From Alphaproteobacteria bacterium (lineage in GTDB: Bacteria > Pseudomonadota > Alphaproteobacteria > MPNO01 > UBA830): a stretch of DNA of 64,000 nucleotides. Below the pieces are notes generated by a model that saw only the letters and a program-made list of their open reading frames with translations, was not told the origin of the DNA and made no database searches. The stretch is taken from positions 4,288,001 to 4,352,000 of the forward strand of contig OZ251539.1 of the NCBI GenBank assembly GCA_965243135.1, read 5' to 3'. Each line of letters begins with the position of its first letter. The first letter of the stretch is position 1. This document shows positions 39,399-48,942 of this stretch, piece after piece. A program made the translations under genes and the position numbers.

Positions 39399-41290
39399 AA
39401 CGGCCGTTCGCGTGCCTCGCGGCGGCCGGCCTCGCCGCGCAAGCCGCCGCCGCGGGCGAACCGCCCCTGCTCGAAGCGCGCGTGGCGAAGGGCGAACTGC
39501 CGCCCCTCGCCGCCCGCCTCCCGGAATCGCCGCGGATCGTCGCGACGACGGCGCCGGGCATCCACGGCGGCGCTCTCCGCATGATCTTCGGACGCTCCAA
39601 GGACACGCGCATCCTCGTGGTCTACGGCTACGCCCGCCTCGTGACTTACGACCGTCGGTTCCGCATCCGGCCCGACATTCTCCAGGACGTGGAGGTCGAG
39701 GACGGGCGAAGGTTCACCTTCCGCCTTCGCAAGGGCCACCGCTGGTCCGACGGCCATCCGTTCACCGCGGAGGACTTCCGCTATTGGTGGGAGGACGTCG
39801 CCAACAACCCGTCGCTGGCGCCGCTGGGACCGCCGCAGTTGATGAAGGTCGACGGAAAGCCGCCGGTCTTCGAGATCGTCGACGAACACGCGGTCCGATA
39901 CACCTGGAACGCGCCCAACCCCCATTTCCTTCCGGCGCTCGCCGCCGCGACCCCGCTCTACGTCTATCGCCCCGCACACTACCTGCGGCGCTTCCATGCC
40001 GCCTACGCCCGGCCCGGCGACCTGGCCGCGATGGTCGAGAAATCCGGGCGCAGGAACTGGGCCGAACTGCACAACCGGAAGGACAACCAGTACAAGAACG
40101 ACAATCCGAATCTGCCGACGCTGCAGCCGTGGGCGCTTCGCACGAAGCCGCCCGCCCAGCAGTTCCTGTTCCTCCGCAATCCCTACTTCCACCGCGTCGA
40201 CCGGAACGGACTCCAGCTGCCCTACGCCGACCGGGTGATCATGAAGGTGGCGTCGCCCGGCGTGATACCGCTCAAGACGGGCGCCGGCGAATCCGACCTC
40301 CAGTCGCGCGGCATCGCCTTCAGCAACTACACGTTCCTCAAGGAAGCCGAGAAACGCGAGAACTTCGAGGTCCGGCTCTGGCGGACGGCGAAAGGCGCGC
40401 ATCTCGCCCTGTTCCCCAACCTCAACGTCAACGACCCGGCGTGGCGCAGGCTCGTGCGCGACGCGGATTTCAGGCGGGCGCTGTCGATGGCGATAGACCG
40501 GCACGAAATCAACCAGGTCATCTATTACGGCCTCGCCGTCGAGGGCCAGAATACGGTGCTGCCGGACAGCCCGCTGCACAGGCCGGAATACCGGGAGGCG
40601 TGGGCGGCGTTCGATCTGGAGGCGGCCAACCGGCTGCTCGACCGCCTGGGACTCGACCGGCGGGATTCGCGGGGCGTCCGGCTGCTGCCCGACGGGCGGC
40701 CGATGGAAGTGATCGTGGAAACCGCCGGCGAAGACACGGAGCAGGCCGACGTTCTCGAGCTGATTCACGATTCGTGGCTCAAGGCCGGAATAAAGCTGTT
40801 CACCCGCCCGTCCCAGCGAGAAGTGTTCCGGAACCGGATCTTCGCCGGCGAAACGCTGGTTTCCATCTGGTCCGGTTACGAGAACGGGCTCCCGAACGCG
40901 GACACGCTTCCGGACGAGCTGGCGCCGACGAGCCAGGTTCATCTGCAATGGCCGAAATGGGGCCAGCACCATCAGTCCGGCGGACGGGCCGGCGAGAAGC
41001 CCGACGACCCGGCGGCGGTCGAGTTGCTCCGCCTGAACCGGGAATGGGCTTTCGCCGGCACGCGCGCCCGGCGCGAGGAGATCTGGCGCCGCATGCTCGA
41101 GATCCACGCGGACCAAGTTTTCGCCATCGGCCTCGTCGCCGCCGTGCCGCAGCCGGTGGTCGTGAACCGGCATCTGCGCAACGTGCCCGCCCGCGGCGTC
41201 TACAACTGGAATCCCGGCGCCCAGTTCGGCGTCTACATGCCGGACACCTTCTGGTTCGCCGACGCCGCCCGACGGCGCGCGCAGTGGTGA
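39395..41290 (+). CDS. ABC transporter substrate-binding protein, family 5
   Basis: Signal peptide, GELPPLAARLPE, WSDGHPFTAED, RNPYFHRVD..G.QLPY. Confidence 0.92.
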   Translation: MKRPFACLAAAGLAAQAAAAGEPPLLEARVAKGELPPLAARLPESPRIVATTAPGIHGGALRMIFGRSKDTRILVVYGYARLVTYDRRFRIRPDILQDVEVEDGRRFTFRLRKGHRWSDGHPFTAEDFRYWWEDVANNPSLAPLGPPQLMKVDGKPPVFEIVDEHAVRYTWNAPNPHFLPALAAATPLYVYRPAHYLRRFHAAYARPGDLAAMVEKSGRRNWAELHNRKDNQYKNDNPNLPTLQPWALRTKPPAQQFLFLRNPYFHRVDRNGLQLPYADRVIMKVASPGVIPLKTGAGESDLQSRGIAFSNYTFLKEAEKRENFEVRLWRTAKGAHLALFPNLNVNDPAWRRLVRDADFRRALSMAIDRHEINQVIYYGLAVEGQNTVLPDSPLHRPEYREAWAAFDLEAANRLLDRLGLDRRDSRGVRLLPDGRPMEVIVETAGEDTEQADVLELIHDSWLKAGIKLFTRPSQREVFRNRIFAGETLVSIWSGYENGLPNADTLPDELAPTSQVHLQWPKWGQHHQSGGRAGEKPDDPAAVELLRLNREWAFAGTRARREEIWRRMLEIHADQVFAIGLVAAVPQPVVVNRHLRNVPARGVYNWNPGAQFGVYMPDTFWFADAARRRAQW

Positions 41291-41297
41291 GCGAACC

Positions 41298-42296
41298 GTG
41301 CTGAAGTACCTTGTTCAGCGCCTTCTGGTGATGATTCCGACGATGCTCGCGATCAGCCTGATCGTCTTCGTCATCATCCAGTTGCCCCCCGGCGATTATC
41401 TGAGCAGCTACATCAACGAGCTGCAGAGCCAGGGCGAGGCGGTCGACGAGGCCAAGATCGCCTTCCTTCGCGCGCAATACGGACTCGACCTCCCCTGGTG
41501 GCGGCAATACCTGGTCTGGCTGGGCGGAATGCTGCAGGGGGATTTCGGGTTTTCCTTCGAGCACAACCAGCCGGTGACCGAGGTCGTCGGCGACCGGTTG
41601 TGGCTGAGCTTCCTCGTATCGTTCAGCACCATCCTGTTCACGTGGGCCGTCGCCTTCCCGATCGGCGTCTACTCGGCGACGCACCAGTACAGCTGGGGCG
41701 ATTACGGCCTGTCCTTCGTGGGCTTTCTCGGTCTCGCCACGCCGAATTTCCTGCTCGCCCTGGTGTTGCTCTACGCCGCCAACCGCTGGTTCGGCACTTC
41801 GGTGGGCGGGCTGATGGACGACCAGTTCATCGGGCAGCCGTGGAACTGGCCCAAGCTCCTCTCCGTCCTGGAGCACCTCTGGGTGCCCGTCGTCGTCATC
41901 GGCACGTCGGGCACGGCCGGCATGATCCGGCGGCTGCGGGCCAACCTGCTCGACGAATTGCAGCGCCAGTACGTCACGACCGGACGCGCCAAGGGCCTGC
42001 GCTCCGGGCGCCTGCTGGTCAAGTATCCGCTGAGAATGGCGCTCAATCCCTTCATCGCCGATATCGGCAACCTGCTGCCGCAGGTGATTTCCGGCGCGGT
42101 GATCGTTTCGGTCGTGCTCTCGCTGCCGACGACCGGACCGATGCTGCTTCGCGCGCTGCAAAGCCAGGATATGTATCTCGCGGGATCGTTCCTGATGTTC
42201 CTTTCGCTCCTGACCGTGGCGGGAGTGTTCGTGTCCGACGTGCTGCTCGCCCTTCTCGATCCGCGGATCCGCCTCGGCGGAGGAACCACGCGATGA
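41298..42296 (+). CDS. ABC transporter permease (DppB-like)
   Basis: IIQLPPGD, GDFGFSF, TGRAKGL, LDPRIR. Confidence 0.93.
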   Translation: MLKYLVQRLLVMIPTMLAISLIVFVIIQLPPGDYLSSYINELQSQGEAVDEAKIAFLRAQYGLDLPWWRQYLVWLGGMLQGDFGFSFEHNQPVTEVVGDRLWLSFLVSFSTILFTWAVAFPIGVYSATHQYSWGDYGLSFVGFLGLATPNFLLALVLLYAANRWFGTSVGGLMDDQFIGQPWNWPKLLSVLEHLWVPVVVIGTSGTAGMIRRLRANLLDELQRQYVTTGRAKGLRSGRLLVKYPLRMALNPFIADIGNLLPQVISGAVIVSVVLSLPTTGPMLLRALQSQDMYLAGSFLMFLSLLTVAGVFVSDVLLALLDPRIRLGGGTTR

Positions 42297-43456
42297 CGCC
42301 GCCCGACGGACGGCTCGAGCACTGGGCGTCCGACGCCGCCTTCGATCCGCACGTCGCGGAAACGCTGACGCCGGAACAGGAACGCATCTACATGGCGTCG
42401 CAATGGCGGATGATGTGGATTCGCTTCAAGCGGCACCGGCTCGCGGTGTGGTCCGGCTTGCTGCTCGGCGCGGTCTATTTCTCGGTTCTCGTCAGCGAGT
42501 TCATCGCGCCCTACAACATGCATTCGCGGCATACGGACCATATCTACGCGCCGCCGCAGCAGGTGCGCCTCTTCCACGAAGGCGCGCTCGTCGGGCCGTT
42601 CACGTACGGTCTCGACTACCGGCTCAACATGGAAAACCTGAAGCGCGAATACGCCGACAACCCCACCCGCCCGGACCGTCTGCGCTTCTTCTGCCTCGGC
42701 GACGGCTACCGGTTCTGGGGCCTGATCGAGATGCGCTTTCACTTCGTCTGCCCGCCGAAGGACGGAACGTTCTTCCTGCTGGGCACCGATCGGCTGGGCC
42801 GCGACGTGTTCTCCCGCATCGTGATGGGCACGCGTATCTCCCTGACGGTCGGGCTGGTCGGCATCACCATCAGCTTCTTTCTCGGCATGCTGTTCGGAGG
42901 CCTCGCCGGATACTACGGCGGCTGGGTGGACAACCTCACCCAGCGCGGCATCGAGGTGATTCGATCGTTTCCGGAGCTGCCGCTCTGGATGGCCCTGTCC
43001 GCCGCATTGCCGGTGAACTGGAGCCCGATCCTGATCTATTTCGGGATCACGGTCATCCTCGGCCTGCTGGACTGGACGGGCCTCGCGCGGGCGGTCCGCT
43101 CGAAGCTGCTCGCCGTCAGGGAGGAGGACTTCGTCTCCGCCGCACGGCTGATGGGCGCGCGGCCCGGACGCATCATCTGGCGGCACATGATGCCGAGCTT
43201 CATGAGCCACCTGATCGCCTCCGCGACTCTCTCCGTGCCCTCGATGATTCTCGGGGAGACCGCGCTCTCCTTTCTGGGGCTCGGACTCCGCCCGCCGATC
43301 ACCAGCTGGGGCGTTCTGCTGGCCGAGGCGCAGAACATCAACGTCGTGGCTCTCTACCCGTGGCTGATGCTGCCGGTGGTTCCCGTCATCGTCGTGATTC
43401 TGGCGTTCAATTTCTTCGGCGACGGCCTGCGCGACGCCGCGGATCCGTACAAGTAG
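42293..43456 (+). CDS. ABC transporter permease (DppC-like)
   Basis: LGTDRLGRD, REEDFVSAA, ETALSFLGLG, GDGLRDAADPY. Confidence 0.93.
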   Translation: MTPPDGRLEHWASDAAFDPHVAETLTPEQERIYMASQWRMMWIRFKRHRLAVWSGLLLGAVYFSVLVSEFIAPYNMHSRHTDHIYAPPQQVRLFHEGALVGPFTYGLDYRLNMENLKREYADNPTRPDRLRFFCLGDGYRFWGLIEMRFHFVCPPKDGTFFLLGTDRLGRDVFSRIVMGTRISLTVGLVGITISFFLGMLFGGLAGYYGGWVDNLTQRGIEVIRSFPELPLWMALSAALPVNWSPILIYFGITVILGLLDWTGLARAVRSKLLAVREEDFVSAARLMGARPGRIIWRHMMPSFMSHLIASATLSVPSMILGETALSFLGLGLRPPITSWGVLLAEAQNINVVALYPWLMLPVVPVIVVILAFNFFGDGLRDAADPYK

Positions 43457-43480
43457 CTTCCGCGGCGAAACGCCGGGGCG

Positions 43481-44785
43481 CTATTTCGCCAGAACGACGA
43501 GATCGAGCGGCCGCTCCAAGCCTTCCACGTCGCAGCGCGGCCTCCGTTCCGCGGGGGCCGGCGGCGAATAGCCCTGCGCGAGTCCGGTCTCCCACGCGGC
43601 GGCGTCGGCGAGAGCGCGGCATTTCTGGCGTTTCGTCGCTTTCTCGAGCTTGGCGGCCAGATTGACCGCGTCTCCGATGACCGTGTACTCGAGGCGGCTG
43701 TCGTCGCCGACGGCGCCGAAGATGATCCGCCCCGCCGACACCCCGGCGCAGATGCGGAGTTCGGGCTCGCCGGCCTCGGCGCGGGCCGCGTTCCAATTCG
43801 CGGCGACCGTGATTATCCTGTCCACCGCCCTGAACGCGTCCGCGACGCAAGTGTCCGACTCGGACGCGGCGCCGAACGTCGCCATGATCCCGTCGCCCAG
43901 GAATTTGTCGATGGTGCCGCCGTTGTTCTGGATGACGGGCACGATCCGGCGCTGATAGTCCGCCAGCATCGCGACCACCTCGTTCGGCGGATGGGTGCGC
44001 GAGAAAACGGTGAAGCCTCTTATGTCGCAGAACAGAATGGCGGCGTTGCGGGCTTGGCCGGAACCGGCGGACGCCATTTCCTCGGAGGCGGTGATCTGGG
44101 CCGCGATTTCCGGGGAGAAGAAGCGGGAAAGATCCTGGGCCGCGTGGCCTTCCGCCACGGACCGGACGAGCAGGCCGCGCGCCCGGCTTATGGCGACGGC
44201 GAGGATCGCCGTCACCACGAGGATGGAGACGATCTTGTCGAACTCGGCGCCGATCAGGATCGCGTCGCTCGTCATGTAATGAACGTAGTCGCGCGTGACG
44301 CGGCCGCCCGCATGAACGGCGTAAAGCGCGAGCGCGAGCCAGCTCGCCGCCGCCACGAGTCCCGCGGCGACCACGTAGCGCGCTTCGAAGCGCAAAGCCC
44401 GCAACGCGATGAAGATGAAGACGTAGAGCAGCGTCGGCGCCTTGAGATAGAACGACGGCTGCTGCTCGTACTGCAGGTGGAAACTCCAGATCAGCCCGAC
44501 TAACAGGAACATGTCGAGCACCACCGAAGCGTAGAGCGCCGGCGGAGTCATTCGCCCGCGATGGGCGAGCCAAAGCCGCGCCAGCGTGATGCACAGGTAG
44601 ATTCCGAGCGCCCAGGGAACCGGAGCGAAGGCGGTCGTGGCGCTTTTCGGGGATCCGGCGTAGAGAACGCCGAAGGCGACGACGACGGCGAGCTGAAACC
44701 ACCCGATCAGGCGTTCGCTGGCGTCCTGCTGGTCGCGGATCGTCCGCTGCACCCGCAGCGGCAGGTCATCCGTTCTGCGCGTCAT
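43481..44785 (-). CDS. Membrane-bound class III adenylate/guanylate cyclase
   Basis: Multi-TM N-terminus, ILFCDIRGFT, IDKFLGDGIM, YTVIGDAVNLAAKLE. Confidence 0.92.
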   Translation of the reverse strand: MTRRTDDLPLRVQRTIRDQQDASERLIGWFQLAVVVAFGVLYAGSPKSATTAFAPVPWALGIYLCITLARLWLAHRGRMTPPALYASVVLDMFLLVGLIWSFHLQYEQQPSFYLKAPTLLYVFIFIALRALRFEARYVVAAGLVAAASWLALALYAVHAGGRVTRDYVHYMTSDAILIGAEFDKIVSILVVTAILAVAISRARGLLVRSVAEGHAAQDLSRFFSPEIAAQITASEEMASAGSGQARNAAILFCDIRGFTVFSRTHPPNEVVAMLADYQRRIVPVIQNNGGTIDKFLGDGIMATFGAASESDTCVADAFRAVDRIITVAANWNAARAEAGEPELRICAGVSAGRIIFGAVGDDSRLEYTVIGDAVNLAAKLEKATKRQKCRALADAAAWETGLAQGYSPPAPAERRPRCDVEGLERPLDLVVLAK

Positions 44786-45642
44786 CGGACGAAGGCTCCC
44801 CGCCCGGTTTTTTCGACCCAAAGACTGGTCTCGACGGCATCCGCCATCAGCGGCAGGCCGCTCGCGACGCTCCGCCCGACGGCCTCCGGCATTCGGGTGA
44901 CGACGTAACGGCTCGAAAACAAAATCTCCGCCGCGTCCGCGGACAGCAACGCCGCGACGCCGAGCTGCTCGTTGTAGCCCCGCCACGTCCAGGACTCGGG
45001 GTAGCCGTCGGGCAGGAGGACGTCGTGAAAATGAACCAGCACTCCGGCCGGGAGGATCGGCCATATTCGGTTCAGCAAGAGGTCGACGTCGCTGCCGGGC
45101 ATGAGGACGTGACTGGAATCGACGAACAGGACGTCGCCGGCGCGCAACGCCTCGAACGGCGCGAGGCCGGCGTCGTGGACCGTCACGGATAGATGCTCGA
45201 CTTCGAGGGCCGCGATGTCGGCGCGCGGTTCCGGATCGATGGTCACGATGCGGGTGTCGAGGCCGCCGTCCGCGGCCGCCCGGGCGAGGAATCTCGTGGA
45301 ATGGCCCGCCCCCACTTCGACGACGAGCGACGGCCGCCGCGCGCGCATCGTCGCGTAGGCGGCGGCCGCGTCGAGCCGCGGGAACCAACCCTGATTCCAC
45401 CGGGGCTGCGGCGGGTCGCCGCCGCCGATTTCCGAAAGCGCCGCGTCGAGCGAGTCGATCGCGGCGAGCGTTTCGGCGAAGCGCGGCTCCGCCGCCGCGA
45501 ACAGCGTTTCGAGCTCGGGATACGTTTCCGCCCGCGAAAAAGAGGACGCATGCCGGCACGGAACGAACCATCCGCGTCGCGAGACCCCGGTGACGGTGGC
45601 CAAGCCCATTCCCAGAGCGCGGAGACGGGCGCGCGTCCGCAT
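44782..45642 (-). CDS. Class I SAM-dependent methyltransferase (Methyltransf_24-like)
   Basis: VEVGAGHST, IDPEPR, FVDSSH, HFHDV..P..YP, YNEQ. Confidence 0.85.
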   Translation of the reverse strand: MRTRARLRALGMGLATVTGVSRRGWFVPCRHASSFSRAETYPELETLFAAAEPRFAETLAAIDSLDAALSEIGGGDPPQPRWNQGWFPRLDAAAAYATMRARRPSLVVEVGAGHSTRFLARAAADGGLDTRIVTIDPEPRADIAALEVEHLSVTVHDAGLAPFEALRAGDVLFVDSSHVLMPGSDVDLLLNRIWPILPAGVLVHFHDVLLPDGYPESWTWRGYNEQLGVAALLSADAAEILFSSRYVVTRMPEAVGRSVASGLPLMADAVETSLWVEKTGRGAFVR

Positions 45643-45649
45643 CGCCGCC

Positions 45650-46477
45650 TCAGAGCTCCAACGCCATGCCCTCGAAGGCGACGACCGCGCCGGGCGCGGC
45701 TCGGGCCGCCTCCTCGGCGATGCGATCGAGCTCGTCGTCCGAGCGCTCCGGTCGATGATGGAAAATCACCAGGATCGGCACCCGCGCCGCCTTGCAGAGC
45801 CTTGCGCCCTCCTCCCAGGTCGAGTGGCCCCAACCGGCGAAGCGGGGGTATTCGGCATCGGTGAACATCGCGTCGTAGATCACGACGTCGGCGCCTTCGA
45901 TCAGCGAGAGGACGTTTTCGTCGGGGCCGGACGCGCGATGTTCGGTGTCCGTGACGTAACAGGCCGATCGTCCGCCGTATTCGACGCGATAACCGGTCGC
46001 GTTTTGCGGATGGTTCAGGGTCGCCGTGCGAAGCGCGATTCCCGGCTTCGGCGCGAGCGGCTCCCCGGCCCTGAAGTCGCGGTAGCCGACGTCGGCGGCG
46101 AACGCGTCCGGGGTGATCGGAAAGATCGGCGGGCTCATGTACCGGCGAAGAACGCTTTCGGTCGTTTCGCCGTTCTCGAGGTGGCCGGACCAGACCGTGA
46201 GCCTGTTTCCGGATTGAAAGGCGTGGCAGAAAAACGGAAATCCCACGATGTGATCGATATGGGTGTGCGACAGAAAGAGATCGGCTTCGGTGACGCCCTC
46301 CGTCGCAAGGAGCCTTCCCAGGCCGGGAAGCCCCGATCCGGCGTCGAAGATGAGAACGTGCGGGCCGCAGCGCATTTCGACGCAGGACGTATTGCCGCCG
46401 TAGCCCGCGGTGTCCTTGCCGGGGGAAGGTATCGACCCGCGGACGCCCCAGAAACGGACGAGGAAATCGCTATCCAC
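45650..46477 (-). CDS. MBL-fold metallo-hydrolase (phosphodiesterase-like)
   Basis: FWGVRGSIP, GGNTSCVE, SHTHIDH, TDTEH, GWGHS, FHHRP. Confidence 0.9.
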   Translation of the reverse strand: MDSDFLVRFWGVRGSIPSPGKDTAGYGGNTSCVEMRCGPHVLIFDAGSGLPGLGRLLATEGVTEADLFLSHTHIDHIVGFPFFCHAFQSGNRLTVWSGHLENGETTESVLRRYMSPPIFPITPDAFAADVGYRDFRAGEPLAPKPGIALRTATLNHPQNATGYRVEYGGRSACYVTDTEHRASGPDENVLSLIEGADVVIYDAMFTDAEYPRFAGWGHSTWEEGARLCKAARVPILVIFHHRPERSDDELDRIAEEAARAAPGAVVAFEGMALEL

Positions 46478-46569
46478 GCGCCGAATCCATTGCGGACAGA
46501 TGATGGAGCATGGTTCTCTCCGGTCGGCGTGCCGTCCGGCCGCGGCGACCGCCGGAACGTTGACGGGAG

Positions 46570-46960
46570 ATAGGCCGAACGAGTCGAAAATTCAAGGGCG
46601 GTGGCGGCTGGCAATGACTGCGTGCCGGCAGGAAAAGGGTGGGTGCTCCCTGCCGCTTGTTCCCATGCAGGAAGATGGCGAACAGGATGCGAGAGGCTTT
46701 GTCCTGGAATGCGGGGCGGGTTCGCCGCCAGGGCCGTGCGGAAGCGTCGCCAGATCCGCTGCACCTCAGCATGGAAAGAGTATGGCCGATCTGAAGCGCC
46801 TTGTCGAACTTGCGTGCGAAGACCATTTATGAGTATTGAGTTTTGCAGGACGATACCTATATGCTCGTAAGCTGACGTAACCTACGAACACAGCGGCGAT
46901 TTGGATAACTCCGTCAATGGTGCGTTCATCGAGTGGCGGACCAGCGATTCGAAGTTGATC
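46570..46960 (+). pseudogene. Decayed HATPase (histidine-kinase-like ATP-binding) gene, 3' part
   Basis: GRWRLA...HGKSMADLKRLVEL...HL*VLSFAGRYLY..* / frameshift / DLDNSVNGAFIEW; resembles RGKGL..LRILS..G.Y..IGGTLIEW of ATPases found upstream of DUF4325 genes. Confidence 0.55.
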
Positions 46961-46962
46961 AG

Positions 46963-47283
46963 ATGGCAACGACGCAGACTAAAAAAATCGACGTGGCGCG
47001 GAGCTTCACGCCGTATCCGGTCGGTCGGACCCGCTCCGACGGAAGGTATTCGGGCGAAGCCTTTCGCGACGACCACTTGGTCCCAACCTTGAGGGCGGGA
47101 GCCGTAACGGTCGTCATGGACGGCGCGAAGGGATACGGTTCGTCGTTTCTTGAGGAAGCTTTTGGTGGTTTGGTGCGGTGTTGCGGCTTTGAACTGAGCC
47201 AACTCAGGGAGAGGCTGCTCATAGAGACGGAGGACTCTCTGCTCAGGACCGAGATATGGAGCTATATTGAGGAGGCTGACTGA
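46963..47283 (+). CDS. STAS-like domain protein (DUF4325)
   Basis: FTPYPVGR...DG.YSGEAFRDDHL, DGAKGYGSSFLEEAFGGLVR. Confidence 0.88.
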   Translation: MATTQTKKIDVARSFTPYPVGRTRSDGRYSGEAFRDDHLVPTLRAGAVTVVMDGAKGYGSSFLEEAFGGLVRCCGFELSQLRERLLIETEDSLLRTEIWSYIEEAD

Positions 47284-47305
47284 TTCAGGACGACATCCGT
47301 ATCGA

Positions 47306-47776
47306 ATGCCTGATGAAGCGTCGGGCGCGCCTTGGTGGGTTATCGGATCTTGGCTGATCACTATTGTCGGCTGGATCGTTGTTGATCGACGGAGCAACCG
47401 GCACGCCTTCGCATCGGAGACCTTCCAAATGGTCCAAGACGCCAAGAACCTTCCCGACCAGTTCCGGTCCGACGTCATCGCCGCCTTGGTATTGGCTGGC
47501 ACAGACGCCCAAGCCCAAAACCTGCGCAGAGCCGCTATCCGCGATACGCAGAAAATACAGCTCGCGCTTCGGCTGCCTGGTCAACGCGATAAGCGTTTCG
47601 ATGTCGAAACGGAGTATCTGAAATTGAAGAAGACAGCCTCGGGGAAAAACTTCGAGTCGCCCGACAGGGATGCGTTGCCCATCGATGATCAACGTATTCG
47701 CCAGGTCGACGAAACTACCGACAATCTCATCGCAAACATCCATCAAGCGTACAACGAGATATACCGCCGTTCCTGA
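47306..47776 (+). CDS. Hypothetical protein with single N-terminal TM helix
   Basis: WWVIGSWLITIVGWIVV followed by a helical soluble domain (..ASGKNFES..DD.RI..); lower GC than the backbone. Confidence 0.7.
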   Translation: MPDEASGAPWWVIGSWLITIVGWIVVDRRSNRHAFASETFQMVQDAKNLPDQFRSDVIAALVLAGTDAQAQNLRRAAIRDTQKIQLALRLPGQRDKRFDVETEYLKLKKTASGKNFESPDRDALPIDDQRIRQVDETTDNLIANIHQAYNEIYRRS

Positions 47777-48192
47777 TCGCAGATCGGGCCACGCCGGCCC
47801 TCTTACCCGAACCATTTGGGCGATACTCGCCAACTCCATGCGCACTGTGCCGTACGCGTTGGGGGGCGAGGGTCAACACCGCCTGCCCCATTCTCCAGAC
47901 CACGATGCAGAACGCCCACGGCACGTGACAATCTCGACCTTGAGAAGCGCGGCATGGTCAAGCGCGGTCCGAAGATCTCGACATCGTCGCCCGCGACATG
48001 CTTTGCCCTTTCTCCAGTCGCTGTTCGCAGAGATCCGGCGCGGCCGCGGAGAAACCTGCCTTTACGCCTTCGTTTACACCGCGCTGAACGACGATATGTT
48101 CAGAGACTTCGGGAGAACCATGGCTGGGCATCGACCGCCGGTCGGACGCAGCCAAAAGATCCCGGACATCTCCCCAGAAGGAAGGATCGCAC

Positions 48193-48930
48193 ATGGACAT
48201 GGGACTCAGGGACAAAGCCGCATGGATAACCGGAGCCACCGGGGCCATCGGTCGCGAAATCGCGCTGGCTTTTGCGCGCGAGGGAGCGCGCGTCGCCGTC
48301 TCGGCCCGCACGAACGCCGCGCTGGACGCTCTGACGGAGGAAATCGGCAGGGACAAGGCCCTTGCCGTGCCTCTCGACGTTACGGATGCGGCCGCCGTTC
48401 GGGTTGCCGCGCGGAAGGTCGCCGTCGATCTGGGAAGCCTCGACGTTCTCGCAACGAGCGTCGCGGTGCCGGCGTTCGGACCGTTCCTCGAAATCGACGA
48501 GAACGTTTTTCGCGCGGCGCTGGAAGTCAAATATCTCGGATACGTGAACTGCTTCCAGGCGGCCTTGCCGCATATGACGACGGGCGCGATCGTCGCCGTC
48601 ACCGGCACCGGCGGCAAGTTGCCGATCGGCATTCACCTGCCCGGCGGCAGCGTCAACGCGGCGCTGAATCTCGTGATCAAGGGGCTTGCGAACGAGTACG
48701 GCTCCAGGGGGATACGGGCGAACGCGGTATCGCCCGGCCCCATCATGTCGGAACGCCAGAAGCAGATGACCGAGGCGGGCATGGGCGATCCGGCGGCGGG
48801 AATTCCTCTCGGACGGCTCGGAGAGGCGGCGGAAGTGGCGGACGCCGCCGTTTTTCTCGCAAGCGACCGCGCCGCGTATATAACCGGCCAGATACTGTCG
48901 CTCGACGGCGGCGGGATCAAGGCGCTGTAA
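48193..48930 (+). CDS. SDR family oxidoreductase
   Basis: TGATGAIG, NAVSPGP, YITGQILSLDGG. Confidence 0.9.
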   Translation: MDMGLRDKAAWITGATGAIGREIALAFAREGARVAVSARTNAALDALTEEIGRDKALAVPLDVTDAAAVRVAARKVAVDLGSLDVLATSVAVPAFGPFLEIDENVFRAALEVKYLGYVNCFQAALPHMTTGAIVAVTGTGGKLPIGIHLPGGSVNAALNLVIKGLANEYGSRGIRANAVSPGPIMSERQKQMTEAGMGDPAAGIPLGRLGEAAEVADAAVFLASDRAAYITGQILSLDGGGIKAL

Positions 48931-48942
48931 CGAGCGGACGCA

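Noticed and set aside
47790-48190. Possible transposase C-terminal remnant
   Set aside because: Only a vague resemblance; no TIR, TSD or continuous motif.
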